This document shows, piece after piece, positions 58,898-64,000 of a stretch of 64,000 bases of DNA. The notes under the pieces are model-generated. The model was not told where the DNA came from. It was given only the letters and a program-made list of their open reading frames with translations, and did not search any database. The stretch is from assembly GCF_035594765.1 (NCBI RefSeq), contig NC_085841.1:233399326-233463325 (forward strand). The letters are read 5' to 3'. Origin of the DNA: Anolis carolinensis. Taxonomy: Eukaryota. The first letter of the stretch is position 1. Every line of letters starts with the position of its first letter. Made by a program: the position numbers and the translations under genes.

Positions 58898-61224
58898 CCT
58901 TAAAAAGTGGATATTGATGGATTAAAAATTTCTGTGTCCACGCACTTTCAAAACACATGGTTTTTTTTACAAACAAAACTAAAGAGATGTATTCACCTTC
59001 AGTGGGTAGAACATAAATGGTAACTGGAATTGCACAGGTGGTATCCATTTCCCTAAATGATTTGGGTTTCATCCCGAGGTCAAGAACTCTATGTCTTAAT
59101 TTACTATACATAGGGGCTGGTATCTACAAATGATCCAAAGCTTCCTGTGATTTTTCTGTGCCGGTAAACTATAGTACCACCAGCGTTTTCCATAAGAAAT
59201 CAGAGCACGTTTCTGAACCTTTTTCATAACTAGCAACACGCAAGAATCAGCTTGGGGTGATCGACCTGGAACAGGATATTGATTTTTAATTGGCACTCAT
59301 ACTTCTCCATACTCATATAAGGGCCACAAGTGTCATATTCCAGAACTACTTTATGATCCTTTCCAAAAGTCACTACAATCCAACTACTACTTAGTCATTA
59401 ACTCATAAAACTTCTCATGCTTTTTCTCTCCAAAATGTTCAGCCTTTGTCCCTGGCTGTTCAAAGCTTCTTCAAAGGTTGACCTTCTTGTCCTATGTTCC
59501 TATTTTATCAGAAAAGTCTTGATTATATGTCAGCACTTTATAGAGACTGAGAAAACATCTGGATATCCTGCAGAGATACTGTGGAGCTAATGGCCAAACA
59601 AAACATCACTGAAAGATGTTTTCCTATCTTTTGGTGAATTGGTGAATTTCAATCCAGCATTTACAGCAGTTTCTTGTTCAAATTTTCAAAATAATTTTTA
59701 AAAGCTTGTTACATGTAGAATATCTGACTTCTGGTTGTTTTTAAGTAGATTTTTTTGAGGAAATCTTATAATTATTCATATATTTATGCTCAATATTTGA
59801 TGTGAGAAAATATCTTTAAAATATAGAAGAAAAGGTAAATAATATTTTAAAATCAAAAATTACTATATGCTATTTTGTAGCATCTCAACAGAGGGAAGAA
59901 AATAAAATCCAGGCTATTTAAGTAGGATGAAACAGCACCATGGCATGATATTCATTTATACCACACGGATTCATAGCTCACTTGCAAGAAAAGTCAGTAA
60001 AATAATTTATGGCACTATTACAAGACCTCCAGGCAGGATACATTGCAGCCTAAACGCATTAACTGTATTTACCATCCAGAATACAGAAATGAGCCTCTTT
60101 GGCAAGGAAGAAATAAAATTATATTCAATCTGAAGTAAATCAAAGGTGCCCTTGCCCCCTTCATCTGCTTAATCACAGTTTCCCTGAAGATGTTCCCCTT
60201 CGTATTTTACTTTTCACATTTTAAAAACATACCCAAGTTGGCAAAACACATAAATTTTATATTTATCAATCAAGTTTTCAAACAACTCATTGGTTTGCAA
60301 ATGTTTTAAAATTTCAGTGTGAGGCAGTAACTATATATAAATTGTGCATATGTTGCTGTTTCTCTGTGTTTAAAACATGTATTTTTATTATAGAATGGAA
60401 TTCATGATCACAGTTATGTTGTTCATTACTGATTTATTAGTTATAAGTTCAAGCTGGTTCATATTCAGCTTGTTTTACTGAAAGAGTCAGATTGAAATTA
60501 TTTTTCTCACACATACAGACACGCATGTATTGAAAATAGCAAAATATCTTGAAGGACTAATAAAGAGTGGACTCCAGACACTAGAAAAAATGTATTTTCC
60601 TATTTTATATGGGAGCAAAGTGTCTCAAAAACAAAACAAAACAATTCTGACTAGGTTTTCTTGGTCATCTTTCCGACTTCTCCTTCCTGTAAGGGACAAA
60701 ACCATAAATGCAAACAGCGAATGAACTCATCTGCTTAATAGTATTGCATTTAAATTCTATCTTTGATCTGTTTATATATTTCTACAGAGGATGAATAACA
60801 CGAGTAAGTTAAAATTGCACCAGAGGGACATAAAAGATAACAAAATGCTATCAAGCATTCTCTGGATGCAATCTACTTTCTGGCAGTTGGGCTAAGCATC
60901 ATTGTTAGTCAATCTGACAGTAATAGGTAGGTTACATTCTCCCACTTCCTCATAATTACTTGTCTAGGATACAAAACATTCTACACTGATCTTCAAAGGA
61001 CTTAAATAAACCCCACAACTGAACCATTGCCTCTTATTTTTGAAAACCAGAAATGATTTAGATCATAGACTTCTAAATTCATTGTCCTATCTTAATTCTT
61101 TCTTTATTTGTGATGTCAAATAAAAATATTCATAACGAGCCCATATTAGTGGTAGAGCAGTTATGCTAAAGTCCAGGAAAAGAGTGATTGTTATTAGTTT
61201 TCATTGAACTCTTAAATCAAGTGT

Positions 61225-61398
61225 ATCATAGAATCACAGAGTTGGAAGAGACCTCGTGGGCCATCCAGTCCAACCCCCTGCCAAGAAGCAGGAAAATCGT
61301 ATTCAAAGCACTCCCGGCGGATAGCCATCCAGTCTCACTTTAAAAGCCTCCAGAGAAGGAGCCTCCACCACACTCTGGGGCAGAGAGTTCCACTCTCA
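61225..61398 (-). mobile_element. CR1 3' end
   Basis: atcatagaatcacagagttggaagagacc (reverse of ATTCTATGAT tail) ...gaaggagcctccaccacactc. Confidence 0.85.
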
Positions 61399-61518
61399 CA
61401 ATATAATCCAAATCTAGATCTTCTAGATGTTTCTAGACGACAACCCCCTTAGACCCTCCTTGAGGCGATGCTAGTTTCAAGTCATGGGAACTGCAGTTCA
61501 ACAATGTCTGGAGGATTA

Positions 61519-61913
61519 CTGTATATACTCGAGTATAAGCCTAGTTTTTCAGCCCCTTTTTAGGGCTGAAAAAGCTCCCCTCAACTTATACTCGAGTGTG
61601 GTCCTGGCTGGCTTCTATTCAGGTAGGCTTATGCTTGAGTATATAGGTATTCAGAGTTGGACAGTCTTATCTTATTGAAGTCTTATTATTATCTTAAATT
61701 ACAGTTTTATATAAATATTCAAAAACATTTAACCTAATGATGCCTCAAATAATGCAATTTTATTAATATCTATTTTTATTTTTGAATTTGACCCGTAGCT
61801 GCTGCATTTCCCACCCTCGTCTTATACTTGAGTCAATAAGTTTTCCCAGTTTTTGTGGTAAAATTAGGTGCCTCGGCTTATATTTGAGTTGGCTTATACT
61901 CAAGTATATACGG
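61519..61913. mobile_element. Tc1/mariner-superfamily (Tc2/pogo-like) MITE
   Basis: TIR ctgtatatactcgagtataagcc / ggcttatactcaagtatatacgg; TA TSD. Confidence 0.85.
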
Positions 61914-62063
61914 TACTTGTTCCACATTGGAGACTGCCAAAGAATACCAGATACTGTAGGCTATAGTTCAGAGGAAGAACCTGGCAAAGCTACCTGAGGG
62001 TTGGTTGCCTAAGAAAACCCTCTGAAAATAATGATGGTGCCATTAATTGCCATAAGTGAACAG

Positions 62064-62194
62064 NNNNNNNNNNNNNNNNNNNNNNNNNNNNNNNNNNNNN
62101 NNNNNNNNNNNNNNNNNNNNNNNNNNNNNNNNNNNNNNNNNNNNNNNNNNNNNNNNNNNNNNNNNNNNNNNNNNNNNNNNNNNNNNNNNNNNNN
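62064..62194. other. Assembly gap (131 N)
   Basis: Run of N. Confidence 1.
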
Positions 62195-62280
62195 CCAGTG
62201 TAGAAGAATAATTTTCTGTGCACCTAAACTCTTCAGAAGGTTCAGAGAGATTGGGAGAGACAAAATTCTTCTATCTAGGG

Positions 62281-62415
62281 CAGTGGTTTTCAACTTGGGG
62301 TCCCCGGATGTTTTTGGCGTACAACTCCCAGAAATCCCAGCCAGTTTGCCAGCTGTTAGGATTTCTGGGAGTTGAAGACCAAAAACATCTGGGGATCCCA
62401 GGTTGTGAAACACTG
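62281..62415. mobile_element. hAT MITE
   Basis: Perfect TSD atctaggg. Confidence 0.9.
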
Positions 62416-62547
62416 ATCTAGGGCTCTTTCACACTGCACAGTTATAGCACTAATATTCCCCTTTTACTGTCTGTGCAATATCCTATGATATTTTAGGATT
62501 TGCAGGTTGGAGAGAGATATTAGGGATTAGCAACAGATCCTTTAGCA

Positions 62548-62677
62548 CAGTGGTTCTCAACCTGTTGTTCCCCAGATGTTTTGGCCTTCAACTCCCAGAA
62601 ATCCTAACAGCTGGTAAACTGGATTTCTCAGAGTTGTAAGCCAAAACACCTGGGGACCCACAGGTTGAGAACCACTG
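62548..62677. mobile_element. hAT MITE
   Basis: TIR cagtggttctcaacctgt; TSD ctttagca/atctagca. Confidence 0.88.
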
Positions 62678-63564
62678 ATCTAGCATCTCACCAGGGCTGC
62701 ATCTACATTGTAGAATTAATGCAGTTTAATGCCACTTTTACTGACATAGCTCAATGTTATGGAGTCATGGGAGATGTAGGTTTCCAAGGTCTTTAGCCTT
62801 CTCTGGCAATGAGTGCTGGTGCCTCACCAAACTACAGTTTTCAGAACTCTGTAGCAAGACTTGGTTTGTCACAGCAGAACCCATTTTAGGAGTTTTGTGT
62901 GATTACATCCCTTGATTGCTCTTTCTGGACTAATTTGTGAACCATAACACAATTTACATCAGACAGCACATGTTTCCAAAATTTGTAATGCAAATTGTGG
63001 CTAAAAATGATGGACAAAAGTATGTCTGCAAGCAAATGAATAAAAATGACTGAAGCAAAGTCACACAGGACTCTAGCATGGCCTTGAACCTCTATTTCTA
63101 AGGTCTAGTTGAACACTCTAACCACTGGCTGATTTATTTGACATTCTATATTGCCATGTCATCAATGATTAAAAAGTTAATGGGGTATCATATCACTGAT
63201 ATCTTCTGTTAGGCTAATTATTCTATATCCGTTCCAATGTTTTTGTGTGGAGTTCCATATACATAAGCAAGACTTCTACATAATATTCTCTCTTGTTACT
63301 ATGTCCAAATTACATAATTGCCCTAATTCCTCCTATTATTTGATGTTTTCCACCATTCCTCATTATCACCTCTCCTACCCTTTAGCTCTTCTGATTTGTC
63401 AGAGACAGTCCTATAAATCCTTTATCACCTCACTTTACAGCTGCTTTAAAAGTGTCCCAGTTTTCTCTCCTCTTCCCTTTTCCCTCCCTAGGTCTTCAGC
63501 TCATGTCCATTGCTGCACATGGAGTTCAAATTGCAAAAGTAGTTTGCATTTCATTAATTCAGTA

Positions 63565-63899
63565 GGAGCCCCAAGTGGCACAACGGATTAAACAGCTGAG
63601 CTGCTGAACTTGCTGACCAAAAGGTCGGCAGTTCAAATCTGGGGAGCGAGGTGAGCTCCTGCTGTTAGCCCCAGCTTCTGGCAACCTAGCAGTTGAAAAA
63701 CATGAAAATGTGAGTAGATCAATAGGTACTACTCTGGTGGGAAGGTAACGGTGCTCCATGCAGTCATGCTGGCCACATGACCTTTGAGGCGTCTATGGAC
63801 AACGCCGGCTCTTTGGCTTAGAAATGGAAGTGGGCACCAACCCCAGAGTCGTACACGACTAGACTTATGTCAGGGGAAAACCTTTACTTTTACCTTACC
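63565..63899 (+). mobile_element. Sauria SINE, full length
   Basis: Head ggagccccaagtggc, body, cctttacttttacc tail. Confidence 0.9.
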
Positions 63900-64000
63900 C
63901 TTCAGCTCTCCTGATTTGGCAGGGACAGTTCTATTAATCCTTTATCACCTCACTTTTCAGCAACTTTAAAACTATCCCAGTTTTCTCTCCTCTTTCCATT

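Overview
Repeat-rich vertebrate genomic DNA. The repeat complement (Sauria SINEs, SPIN-type hAT, R4/Dong, RTE, CR1, L2, Penelope) points to a squamate reptile, probably an Anolis lizard (inference). No intact host gene is evident. The only host-like coding signal is a set of degraded minus-strand exons at ~0.1-4.4 kb resembling a maestro heat-like repeat (MROH) pseudogene. The centrepiece is an apparently intact, very young Gypsy LTR retrotransposon of the Tf1/sushi type (10273-15964, minus strand, two apparently identical 371-bp LTRs, one 1606-aa gag-pol ORF). It is nested immediately after the PD catalytic motif of the endonuclease of a 5'-truncated R4/Dong LINE that itself sits in a (TAA)n tract. 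The element shows two linked features beyond the ORF track. (i) It has no tRNA PBS; instead a 12-nt site is complementary to the predicted transcript 5' end (self-priming). (ii) A consensus splice donor lies exactly at the Gag/protease boundary and an acceptor lies just after the pol stop codon; these join in frame to give a Gag-only protein with a new 35-aa acidic tail read through the PPT into the 3' LTR. A Penelope-like fold-back at 50355-50598 carries a minimal hammerhead ribozyme. The rest is SINEs, LINE fragments, hAT/Tc1/Harbinger MITEs (many with TSDs), candidate conserved non-coding blocks and a 131-N gap.
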